From Sporopachydermia quercuum (taxonomy: Eukaryota), in contig BCGN01000002.1 of NCBI GenBank assembly GCA_001599295.1, forward strand, positions 1,426,001 through 1,490,000: a DNA stretch of 64,000 nucleotides, in the 5' to 3' direction. Below the pieces are notes generated by a model that did no database searches, was not told where the DNA came from, and was given only the letters and a program-made list of their open reading frames with translations. The translations under genes and the position numbers were made by a program. This document shows positions 23,838-35,034 of this stretch, in pieces. Positions within the stretch are counted from its first letter, which is position 1. Every line of letters begins with the position of its first letter.

Positions 23838-24782
23838 ATGCCAAGTAAGTAGATTAAATGAAAAGACGACACTTAACCATACTTCAGCACTTTTCAACAC
23901 TATTGCAGACGTACCAACAGATAAAAAGATGAAACATCAATCAGACTATTAAACACTTTATTAGATCTATATTAGAAAATGAATTAAAAGGGAGCAACTG
24001 ATTATATATTTTGATATGTTTGTGAGTTTCAACAAGGAATTCAATTCTTAATTACCAGCGATTTATAGCCAAAACTTTACAGTATTAATGATCGATAACT
24101 AGCCAAACTTCAATGATGTATAGACAACAATGCGGGACAACAGAGTGCTTTATGATATTGTCGAATTCAGATAAAATACAGTAGAAGACATTACTTACTA
24201 ACAAATATTTTAGGAGCTCCTAGAAACTATTCCAAGACCTACGCCGTCCCCAAGCGTCCTTACGAGACTTCTCGTTTGAACGCCGAATTAAAGCTTGCCG
24301 GTGAATATGGTTTGAAGAACAAGAAGGAAATTTACAGAATTGGTCTTCAATTATCTAAGATCCGTGGTGCAGCTCGTGATTTGTTGACCCGTGATGAAAA
24401 GGATCCTAAGAGACTTTTTGAAGGTAATGCCTTGATCAGAAGATTAGTAAGAGTCGGTGTCTTGAGTGAAGACAAAATGAAGCTCGATTACGTCCTTGCT
24501 TTACGTATCGAAGATTTCTTGGAAAGAAGACTTCAAACTCAGGTTTTCAAATTGGGATTGGCCAGATCTATTCACCATGCCCGTGTTTTGATCAGACAAA
24601 GACATATCCGTGTTGGAAAGCAAGTCGTTGACATTCCTTCATTCATGGTTCGTCTTGATACTCAAAAGCACATTGACTTAGCTCTCAACTCTCCTTATGG
24701 TGGTGGCAGACCCGGTCGTGTTAAGAGAAGAAACGCCGGTAAGGGTTCCGAAGAAGGAGAAGCTGAAGAAGAAGAAGAGTAA
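23838..24782 (+). CDS. RPS9: 40S ribosomal protein S9 (uS4); exons 23838-23844 and 24214-24782
   Basis: ATG CCA A|GTAAGT...TACTAAC...TAG|GA GCT CCT gives [12 protein letters not shown]. uS4 motifs include [11 protein letters not shown] and [14 protein letters not shown]. Confidence 0.98.
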
Positions 24783-25191
24783 ATTATTTAGCATTGGAAC
24801 ACGATACATCGTTTTAATGATAATTGACACTGCAGATTTACACTGTAAATGTAGTTTAATTTCTTAATGTTGAATAGTTTATTTCATTTCAACTTGGTAT
24901 GAGTTGTGATGATTGAAAAATAATACAATCATATTTACATTATTAGTGATTGCGTTCATGTAGTTCTGATTACTGTATAGTATAATTAGTTTCCAGCTAT
25001 ATAAATGAATTTGAAATATTCAGTAGTGTTTGCTTATCACACTAGTATGAAGCCGCGATCAAACTTTCTGTTAATGTCAATGTTTCCATTCGCTACATAG
25101 ATTCTAATTGTTCCTGTCTTCATATTGAATGATCGGCACAGCTCACATGAAACTTTTCATTAGCTCTCTCTAAGTTTCCAAGTAGTATCAC

Positions 25192-25230
25192 ATTAGAGGT
25201 TAATATTAGAGGTTAATATTAGAGGTTAAT
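25192..25230 (+). repeat. Perfect 13-bp tandem repeat (ATTAGAGGTTAAT)x3
   Basis: Three exact copies just upstream of the RPL21 Cbf1 site. Confidence 0.9.
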
Positions 25231-25236
25231 ATTATA

Positions 25237-25258
25237 TCACGTGTTTACTATGAGGGTT
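25237..25258 (+). promoter_or_regulatory. Cbf1 site followed by AGGGT (Tbf1-like) upstream of RPL21
   Basis: TCACGTG-tttactatg-AGGGTT at -344 from the RPL21 ATG. Confidence 0.55.
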
Positions 25259-25580
25259 ATTATTCTATTTAAAAACAAATGTCCCATTAAGGAAATACTA
25301 GATTGGTTAATGATTTCCAATAATAAAGTGAAAGAGTTTTTCAACTCCAAATTGTTAGCCACAGAGAGAGGGACGCAGAGTTCACACCAAGCGAGTACTG
25401 CAGCTCACTCAGTCAATGTGTCTGTCAGTTGTTACCTTGAATCTACAACATCTTTATCTTCAAACAATAGTACGACTTCAATATATTGGCATCACTTGAA
25501 TCTTNATAACTACAGCCGATTAGAACAACTACTAAACTAGTGTCTATCAACAGTTAAGTGGATAATAAGAACTAATCAAA

Positions 25581-26372
25581 ATGGGTAAAAGGTAATTATT
25601 GATTGTAGTTTCGGGGTGAGATATGATTTATGATGGTGGATTGATTTCAATGATATATCAATAGAGTAAAACGTCAATTGTAGTATGAGTTCGGGGAAAT
25701 TGTTTCAGTCAACAGTGTTCAATAGTGTGAGGCAATCATCTACAACAAAGAACAGTTGAGTTCGTGAACTGATCCAAGAACAGAAGGTTTTTCAGGAGAA
25801 GTTTGTTCAATATAATAGTCACATCCACATCATATTTTATGAAACTAAACAGGGTACACCTTCAGTTCATCTTTTATTGAATATATGCTAACAAATTTCA
25901 TAGTCGTGGTTATAGATCTGGTACTCGTTACGCCTTCGCTCGTGACTTCAAGAAGCACGGAATTGTTCCTCTTTCCACCTACTTGAAGGTCTACAAGGTT
26001 GGTGACATTGTTGACATCAAGGCTAATGGTTCCATTCAAAAGGGTATGCCCCATAAGTACTACCACGGTAAGACTGGTATTGTTTACAACGTTACCAAGA
26101 GCTCCGTTGGTGTCATTGTCTATAAGATTGTTGGAAACAGATACCTCGAAAAGAGAGTGAACTTGAAGATTGAACACGTTAAGCACTCCAAGTGCCGACA
26201 AGAATTCTTGGACAGAGTTAAGGAAAACGCCCAAAAGAAAGCTGAAGCCAAGGCTAACGGTCAATCTGTCTCCCTAAAGAGACAACCTGCTAAGCCTAGA
26301 GAAGCACATGTTCTTGTTTCTTCTTTCGCTCCTGAAACCGTTGCTCCTATTCCTTACGAAACCTACATTTAA
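25581..26372 (+). CDS. RPL21: 60S ribosomal protein L21 (eL21); exons 25581-25591 and 25904-26372
   Basis: Spliced product [23 protein letters not shown]...[14 protein letters not shown]. Intron is GTAATT...TGCTAAC...TAG. Confidence 0.97.
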
Positions 26373-27486
26373 GCTATTTATATTCATTCTAGCTTATAAT
26401 GCAAATATAATATTCATCTAAGATAAAATACTTCTATGTAGACATGGTTCTCGTAAATGAATTGTAAATTCCTGGTCCGACATGCGATTTTTACTAAAAT
26501 CCTGTGTCACAACTTATTCCTCTCATTTGCTGTTCCCTCCCCCTCAGTAGTTCAACGAATCATTTTATTTCTNAACATCTTACAGTTTTTCGTTTGACAT
26601 TTTACTTCATCCTAATCGTCAGCGTAAACATTTTATTTCCTCCATACTTTCACTTACAAGTTTTACAGATTCGTGACATCAGCTATATCATCAAAATCAT
26701 CTTCGTCATCTTTAGCTACTAACCACCTCTACTCAACCAATATTATTTACTGTACAATCAAAGAACTACAACATATCCTTCAATTAATATATTGTAATCT
26801 AATAATTTCATAAAACATCATCATATCAGATTATCAATTTATATCTGTAATAGTCAATCTCACGATTTTATCATTCAATGATTGTCGGATAGAAACTCCG
26901 ATTTTCTATCCATGTACATGTAAACTCCGAAATTTTTCACCTGCAATACTTTTTATTTTTCTTTATAATAGCCATCATAATTTACCTGGTTTGAAATAGG
27001 TGATAATGGAAGACGTACTTAGATTTATCATACAAAACATCTTTTGAGTATAAATAATATACAGGACCTAAACCAGATGTATGGATAATAATGAAGAAGT
27101 AGNTGTACTGGAGGGTTAAAAGATTTGTTGATTTTATTTGGCAACAGGTATTCAAGATTATTAGCAAACATTGTTGGTGACGGTTGTTATACTATAGAAA
27201 TATATGATATCTATCAAGGTGATATCTATTAGGGTGATTGATATTTATCCGAGTTATTCCTAGATGTTGTAGAAATCATAGACATATTTAATGAAAGAAA
27301 AAAAGAGAGCACACCAATCAGATCTAAGCAAATAATTTTTTATTGAAGTGAGAGCATAGCATAACATACCATAATTGAGACTTTTGGTATGGAATATTGT
27401 TGAGAGTAACCAAGATTTTAAATTGCGTATTATACCATAAGAGATACAACTATCCTCAAGTTCAAACTGTTCACATATACTTCAAG

Positions 27487-28611
27487 ATGACTCAAGGTAC
27501 CGTCAACAAAGAAGGGTTCAAAAATAGAATGGAATTTCCTATTCCACCAGCAGCAGAAACATTAACTAGTGATGAATCAGCTTCTACTTTATCGGTAGTC
27601 CCAATGGTAGAAGCCGATGTTAAACCTAAGAGAATGCAGAAAACTATTGATGCTAAAGTCAACCCGTGGGTTCATTTCGTTGCAGGAGGAGTTGGTGGAA
27701 TGGCCGGTGCCTTATTCACNTGTCCTCTAGATGTTGTTAAAACTAGATTGCAAAGTGATTTTTATGTCTCAAAATTTAAAACCACTGCTCATTCTTCAGA
27801 TAATGTTATCAAAACAGCACTCAGACACTTCAAAGAAACCGGATTCATCCTGAAGGATGTTTATAAGCTTGAAGGACCAAAAGCTTTGTTCAAAGGATTA
27901 GGACCAAATCTTGTTGGGGTTATTCCAGCAAGATCGATTAATTTCTTCTCTTATGGACTAGGAAAAGAATTCTTAAGTAGTAGATTTTTCGAGGGAGAGG
28001 AGAATTCGGTTGTTCATTTATTGGCTGCTCTAAATGCGGGCTTCTGGACATCAACGGCGACAAATCCTATTTGGTTAGTTAAAACAAGACTACAGTTAGA
28101 TAAAGCTGGAGCAAGAAAATACAAGAGTTCTTGGGACTGTACAAAGAGTGTGGTAAAGAATGAAGGAATAAGAGGTCTATATAAAGGTTTGACTGCTTCG
28201 TATTTAGGTGCAGCTGAGAGTACTATTCAATGGGTACTTTATGAGCAAATGAAAACTGCTTTGAGAAAGAAAGAACTATCGAGAAAAGAGTTAGGTATTC
28301 CAGCGTCGAAATTAGATGCTTTCCTTGACTGGGGAGCAAGATCTGGAGCTGCTGGATTTGCAAAACTATTGGCTTCTTTGATAACTTATCCTCATGAAGT
28401 TGTTCGAACACGGCTGAGACAAGCTCCAATGGAGAATGGTAANCCAAAATATACAGGTTTACTTCAAACTTTCAAGTTGATCATTAAAGAAGAAGGATTG
28501 GCCTCGATGTATGGTGGCTTAACTCCTCATTTATTAAGAACTGTTCCTAATAGTATCATTATGTTTGGAACCTGGGAATTATTAGTGAAATTATATGCCG
28601 CATACGCATAG
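27487..28611 (+). CDS. RIM2: Mitochondrial pyrimidine nucleotide carrier Rim2
   Basis: Three carrier repeats (PLDVVKTRLQ, PIWLVKTRLQ, PHEVVRTRLR) plus GPNLVGVIPARSINFF. Start set at the first ATG, 27487. Follows RPL21 as in S. cerevisiae. Confidence 0.94.
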   Translation: MTQGTVNKEGFKNRMEFPIPPAAETLTSDESASTLSVVPMVEADVKPKRMQKTIDAKVNPWVHFVAGGVGGMAGALFXCPLDVVKTRLQSDFYVSKFKTTAHSSDNVIKTALRHFKETGFILKDVYKLEGPKALFKGLGPNLVGVIPARSINFFSYGLGKEFLSSRFFEGEENSVVHLLAALNAGFWTSTATNPIWLVKTRLQLDKAGARKYKSSWDCTKSVVKNEGIRGLYKGLTASYLGAAESTIQWVLYEQMKTALRKKELSRKELGIPASKLDAFLDWGARSGAAGFAKLLASLITYPHEVVRTRLRQAPMENGXPKYTGLLQTFKLIIKEEGLASMYGGLTPHLLRTVPNSIIMFGTWELLVKLYAAYA

Positions 28612-29852
28612 AAGTCACTGATATTTATTCTTAAGGTGTTTTGAACAACGAAAGAGCGTTACAGCGTTACAGCAAGCTTTGTAATTGAAAGCATGTTTCA
28701 AATTGTTTATCTGTTTGATCATTTATTTTGTTTATCTGATGAGAATGAAGTTTTTATCATTGTAATGCTTTCCCTCTTCCTTATGAATACCTTACCTACT
28801 CATTTCTCATTTACCTCACTTATTTAATATTTTGGTCTTTCTTCTGACTCCTTCTTGTACATACTAAATAGACACTATATGACAAATGCCTTCATTTATC
28901 TGCTTGGGAAGTAAACTTTTTTTCTTTCATTATGATCTGGCTTATTAAAGAGGTTTGGGATACTACGTACGTTTAATCATTGCATTTAATGAATTTTATC
29001 TTGTAATTTGTGTAGAGTTATTGATTTAGTACAACAGTCTGTCGTTTGAAATTGAATAACTGTAATGAATCCACGGATCAACCTCTAATTCTCATACTAA
29101 TCACATCACATTCAACATATGTTTTTGCAGAGCCCATACCAACTGCTACCCATTAACTAAACTTAGAAGATAATAAATGGCTAGCCAACTGTTAAGATAC
29201 TCATTTATCCATTCAATTCTATTGCCAATATATCAATGTAACAGCAAATTGAACCCTTTGGACAACACCTCAAATATGCAATCGCCTTCCCCTTTCCCAA
29301 CACTTTTCTCTCTTCCCCATTATATTGAAGATTTGCTTTCCAATTCTATTTCCGTTTCCATTTGCATATGAAAATGAAATTTGTATTAGTCAACAAAAAT
29401 CCTTTCACTTTCACTCTAATGGTCACACATATATTTCAGCCCCCATTATGGGACAAAAATATCATTAGCTTCATGTCATACAAAGAAAAAATATTTATCA
29501 TGGAGAACATATTCTAAAGAAGTATCAATGAAGGAAAGAGAATAGCCTACAAATTTGGTGGAACGTGGAAATCAGAATAAACAAGTATATGAAGCTATTG
29601 CCACGGTTGTTTTGAAGGAGCAACGAAGAGAAATTTGAAAGAATTAGGTATTCATAGTACTGTTGTTGACAGAAGGAAGGAGGGTAGTTAGCTATTTTCA
29701 GGTCAATTCAGTTCAGCTCAGTTTAGACCAAGTTTCAACTATCAACCTTTATTTCAGCTTAATAGAATTGGCGAAGTTAGTTGACGGAGATTTAGTTTTT
29801 TCTACATCAACGAAAAGAGTTGATCCATTTCGTTCGTGAGCATTTATACAAA

Positions 29853-30515
29853 ATGGCGCCAGCACTTGTGCGAAGTCCAGATCTAGACGACACTGACTTG
29901 GAGAAGCTGTTACAGCAAGCAAAGAAGAATCTACAATACGAGGAAGATGTGAAATCAAAGAAAACTGGTGAAAATAACGACGAAATTTCAAAAATAAAAA
30001 CCCAAGTGAAACATATACCAAAACTAAATGTTCCAGAATTATCAGAGAATAAACAGAAAACCAGGAGCAATAAGAAGAAGAGCGATAGCAGTCTACCTGA
30101 ACCAGCCAAAGTCGTGAACGAGAGTGCTGAGAGGAGGAAACGAAGAGAGGATGCGAAGTTAACAGCTGGTAAAGCATGGTTTGATATTCCTAAAGCTGAA
30201 ATGACTGACAGTTTAAAGAGAGATATTAAGCTCATAAAGATGAGAAATACTCTTGATCCTAAACATCATTATAAGAAAGCCGATGTATTAAATAGTGAAT
30301 ATTTACAAGTAGGAACTGTAATGGAAGGTAATACAGAATTTTTCTCAGCCAGGTTGACAAAGAAAGAAAGAAAGAAGACAATTGCTGATGAGATTTTGGA
30401 TGACATGAATTCGCAGAAATTTTTCAAAAGGAAGTATAAAGAGATTCAGGAGAAGAACGTCAGTGGGAGGAAAGCATTTTACAAGAAACTACAGGAACAA
30501 AGAAAGAAGTTTTGA
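29853..30515 (+). CDS. FCF2: rRNA-processing protein Fcf2
   Basis: Motifs TAGKAWFDIPK, MRNTLDPKHHYKK, QVGTVMEGNTEFFSARLTKKERKKTIADEIL. First ATG at 29853. Confidence 0.92.
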   Translation: MAPALVRSPDLDDTDLEKLLQQAKKNLQYEEDVKSKKTGENNDEISKIKTQVKHIPKLNVPELSENKQKTRSNKKKSDSSLPEPAKVVNESAERRKRREDAKLTAGKAWFDIPKAEMTDSLKRDIKLIKMRNTLDPKHHYKKADVLNSEYLQVGTVMEGNTEFFSARLTKKERKKTIADEILDDMNSQKFFKRKYKEIQEKNVSGRKAFYKKLQEQRKKF

Positions 30516-30948
30516 TAGAATTAATAATGGTTATGTAGCATATAAATCGACTCATTTTATTACTATTATGATGAAGTAAATATACCTTCAGTACTAGGAA
30601 TCTACCAGAACATTTGCTCGATGATTGACATTTGAATCTGACTTTCTTGTCATTGTCATAAGTGAATCTTAGTAGAAGACGTCGATCCAATTTCCAAAAG
30701 AGCTCACAATGTGGAAATTTAGACTATTACTAGATTCTGTCGATGAGACGTGAAACAACCAACAGAAATTGACATAATATCAATAACTGTAAACTTCATT
30801 TTGACGGCATGTTCATTGTTGATATACAATACTTTTATATTTCTTTCGAATTGATATCTTCAAGGAAGGAAAGACATTCTCATGGCTTAGCTTCCTAGCT
30901 CTTCTTTGGTAACTACTGCATAACCAATTTTTCGTTTCGTTCAATACC

Positions 30949-31940
30949 CTAATTGACAGCCCCTGGCTTCTTGTTTTGGTAAATGAACTGATTAATCTCA
31001 TCAATTGACATCAAATTCCCATCAGCTGAATGTGCTCCACCAATGTTTTCCATCCAATCAGCAGGAAACCAATCAAGCTTCAAATCAGAACCATCGACAC
31101 ATTTCCCTTCATCAAGTTCACTTCTTGTATAAAATCCAAGAAAGTTCCTTTTCCTGATCTCTTCGTCTATAATGTCATTTGCTTTTTTGTTCAGCTCTTC
31201 ATCAGATCTTAAAGTGATTCCTTTTGACATTTCCAAAGCCTGATCTATCCACTCTTCTATCTCCGGTAGATATTTCTTTCTCAATAGCGTAGACAGTAGT
31301 GTTTCTTCAGCTGATGTTGGGAAAGTTGGCATTGGAAACACAACAGATGAGGCAAATGTTTCTGAATGTTGAGATAAGGCTGTTGATAAAGATATTAATT
31401 GTGTACTTATGATGTTAAATTGTGATTGAATAGAGCTCCTGTTTTCATCGATTGTTAGTAAATAAATCAACGGGTAGCAAGCGAACCTGTAGAAACATAT
31501 CAGGAAAGTATGAATACTTGATTGGCAATATCATTTNGGATAATAGCAATAGACCTACTGTGAAGTATTCCCTTCAAACACCGCCTAGCAACATTTCTTT
31601 TTGTGCATCGTTCTCAGGGAATAATTACGACTACTCCAGAACGATCCGAGTCACAACTTACCAGGGAGGAAGCAATGGATATGAAATTGTATCTCTTAAT
31701 TTGTTCAATGAATTTGTCAACTGAAGTTCAATTGTTAGTCATATAGCTTAAAAGTTTTCATGATAGCTAGTTCCGTACTATGAGATACACTTGCCGCGTA
31801 TTACTTACTTGTCTTAACCGAGTTCTAATAACCTCCAGTGATTCTATAGGAACTTGTGAATACTGTGAAGGATCAATTGGTGTAGTAGTATTTTCATTTT
31901 TCATTGGCTGCTGGCCTATTGGTGTACTATTCTTACTCAT
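30949..31940 (-). CDS. MED8: Mediator subunit Med8; exons 31940-31809, 31720-31662, 31438-30949 (226 aa)
   Basis: Spliced product VPIESLEVIRTRLRQLTNSLNKLRD...LPPWSSIQSQFNII...VFPMPTFP...LLSTLLRKK. Both introns are GTAAGT..(G/T)ACTAAC..CAG. Confidence 0.92.
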
Positions 31941-32105
31941 TTTGATGATGTAGGCTTAGGTATATTCTTTCTAAAAGTTTCAATCGTTAATTCTTAGTTG
32001 ATTGCCAATTCACTTCTTCTCCAAATAGTTCTGTCAGTTCTTCTCTTCTTTTTTAATTTTTATTTTTATTTTGTTTTTATCCTCAAGTTCTATCTCAACC
32101 GTCAG

Positions 32106-32134
<29 letters not shown>
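32106..32134. repeat. (TA)n microsatellite, about 14 units
   Basis: Uninterrupted TA run upstream of MED8. Confidence 0.95.
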
Positions 32135-32137
<3 letters not shown>

Positions 32138-32846
32138 CTCTTATTCTATTATTGTAGTTGATCAATCTAATGTCTCCCTGATACTGATACGATGTAATTT
32201 ATTCAATTCTATGAGATGATAAGATACGCTATTCTATTCTGTCTGACGTTTCGGCCATCAGCTTGTTTCTTTTTACAATCAAAAAATACAACGAATCAGA
32301 GTTCCTCGTTCTATATCTATTCTCATCACTTTTCTCATTATCAATAGNAATTCCTTCTTACAATTGTATCATAAAATCTACAAATAATAATTAATGATAT
32401 GAAAAGAGAAATTCAATATGTTCACATGGGACATTGGATCACCACATTGTTTCTCATCTCGTTGTATCTGTCTCGTTTCTGCAGAATAGAGGACAAGCAA
32501 TGAGGAAAAGCTATAAGGAATGAGGAGTGTTTCTCCTTTCATTATCAATAGTCTTATAATATAATAAAATTTATTTTCTTGTATTTTCTTGTATTATTGT
32601 ATCTTATAATGATAATTTGGTATTGCCATTTGACTATATTGTGAACTGTGAGTTATAACGTATCATTGATATCTTTTGTGAAATAGAAACTGCAAATGAT
32701 TACAATTGATAAGCTCTGTAGCAGAGACCACTGAGGGAAAGACCTATTGAGAATTATTTCAAATAACACTCAGATTAAAGGAGACCAAAGGGGCTCAGAA
32801 AGGTTGTAAATATCTACCATCATTATAACTACTTAAATCAACAACA

Positions 32847-34359
32847 ATGGCAAAATTCAATGACCGGAATCCCGTAGAGGCAGAAAGTATGTATCGTTGT
32901 CATTTGAGCTTTCCATCGAATGTGCATACTAAATGAAAACCAACTATTTAAATAATCAACCCACTAACTGAATAATTATCAGGAAGAAAGAAGAAACAGC
33001 AGGAAATTAGGAAAATCAAAGAAGAGAAAATCCAGAAAAGAAATGAAAGATTAAAGTCCTTAGATCCTAGTCGTCTACTGAGACGAATAACGGGGCTACA
33101 ACAGTTGAAAGCAAGTAGGAAAGGTAAATTACCGATAAGCGAGGAGAACCAATTGAGCCGTTTACTGAAAGATTATGAGTCAATTACTAAAAAAGACAAG
33201 ACAAACGGTGATGAGGAAGGTAGTATTGCTGGACATACCAGTACTATTAGTAAAACGAGGAAGAATTCATTTGCTGGAGATCTGAATCAAGAGCTGACTG
33301 AATTCAGAAAAAAAATCAGCCGAAAGTCAACTGAGGAGATCAACAAGGGAAAGAAAGGATATTTCAGGGAGAGTTGCTTCTGGGATCCAGTATGGAAGTA
33401 AGTATAATGAAGATCATTTGATAAGAGCAAAGAGCAAAAAGCTTTGAGCTTAGGGCATTGATTCTAAGAGCTTTCAATACACTTAATACGATTCACAGGA
33501 AGTATACTAACAAATATTCAACAATAGTCCAAAAGGTATAACCCCTGATAAATATCAACATATCCCGTTTCCTTTCAAACCATCTAATAAGCAAATCAAA
33601 TCAAAACATTATGCGGCATCAAAAATTCACTTACCTCTTAATGATAAAACCATCGATATCAATATGATTCCAATACCGAGTGGAAAACCAACATTCCTTC
33701 TTGATTTATTACCTGAAAATATGAAATCAGCCGTAAAAAAGAAAGAAGAAGTGAAAGTTACTTATGAAGCCGCTCCTGTTGTTAATGATTTATATAAAGA
33801 TACAGTCACTAGTGGATTTATTCCTATGGCAGTTAGAAAGAAATTAGGAGATAACGATAGTAAGCCTAACAAGCACAATGGAAACAATAGTAATATTGAT
33901 AACGACGATAATGGTAATAATATTAGAAATAGAGGCAAGGATCAGCAGCATACAGATAATATAGCAAATAAACACTTAGCGCCAGAAAACGAACAAGAAG
34001 GGTCACCATTGAAGAGAGAAGTGTCTACTGAAGGAAATAAGAAAGCAGTGATGGAAGAAGTTTCTGACAGTGATATCGAAGCTGATTTGATTGACATAGT
34101 AAACAGTCCAGATAAATCATCAGATATAGAGGAAGAAAACTCATTCTCTAAAGAAACCAAAGAAACAAACTATATCAACATAGAGAGACCAATAGAGATG
34201 CCCATTAGTGAAGATAATACTGAAGATGTGAATGAAGAACCTAACTTGAAAAGAAGAAAGACTGATTCAACACAGAAGGAAATTAGAACAGTTAAAGCAT
34301 CGTCAGGTTTGCTTACTGGTTATGATTCAGGTTCAGACTCAGATTCCGACGGAGATTAG
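32847..34359 (+). CDS. WBP11/Saf1-like splicing factor at the AIM4 syntenic position; exons 32847-32886, 32983-33397, 33528-34359 (428 aa)
   Basis: Spliced N-terminus NPVEAERRKKKQQEIRKIKEEKIQKRNERLKSLDPSRLLRRI resembles the Wbp11 domain. Internal motifs SCFWDPVWNPKGITP and YEAAPVVNDL. Introns are GTATGT..CACTAAC..CAG and GTAAGT..TACTAAC..TAG, and the frame is continuous. Confidence 0.75.
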
Positions 34360-35034
34360 TTGTATAGAAAGAAAAGAGAGTTTCCCTTGAGATGCCTAAT
34401 GTATATAATAGATAAATTGATATTGGAAGCTCCTGAGAACTGGCTTTTAAGCAGTTCTGATCGTTGTTAAACCGATATTCTAGTTGGTGATAATAGATAT
34501 ATATTCTATCTAGACAGATTATGATCTGTCCTTATCTTGAGCAGATGCTTGAAGGTATATACAATTGCTGGTTTATTATGTTTGTTCGGTTGTTATTGCA
34601 GCACATATTATGTAAACAGATCACTGCGAACATATTCCTCCACTGGAAAAATATTAAACTCTCCTTCTCTCTCTATTACAAACGCTAACAACCAGCAAAC
34701 AATAATAGAAATACTACAATTAGTTATCGATATTTGATTTGAATGCTTATATCATTTCTATAGATAATTGCTATTTTCTTTCTTCTCATTATATCATTAA
34801 CCATGATCGAACCACTACAATTGAACAAGCATTCCAATTAGTCACAGGTCCACAATGAAACAATACAGAACTACGTTGAATATGCAACTATAATAAGTTT
34901 AACAATCCTTATACCTTTTCATTAAATAAACTAAAGTAGAAGACTGTTTACATAAATAATGAACAAAAACACATGATGAAATAGGAAATAAACCAATTTC
35001 ATTTCATTATTTCCTAATGCAAAGTGTCAAAGAC

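Noticed and set aside
28414..28416. Alternative CUG genetic code
   Set aside because: CTG occupies conserved Leu sites (RIM2 RTRLRQ at 28414; MET5 YKLDN at 10587), consistent with the standard code.
31607..31645. Hairpin in MED8 intron 2 as an H/ACA snoRNA
   Set aside because: The stem is real, but it lacks a pseudouridylation pocket and a convincing second hairpin.
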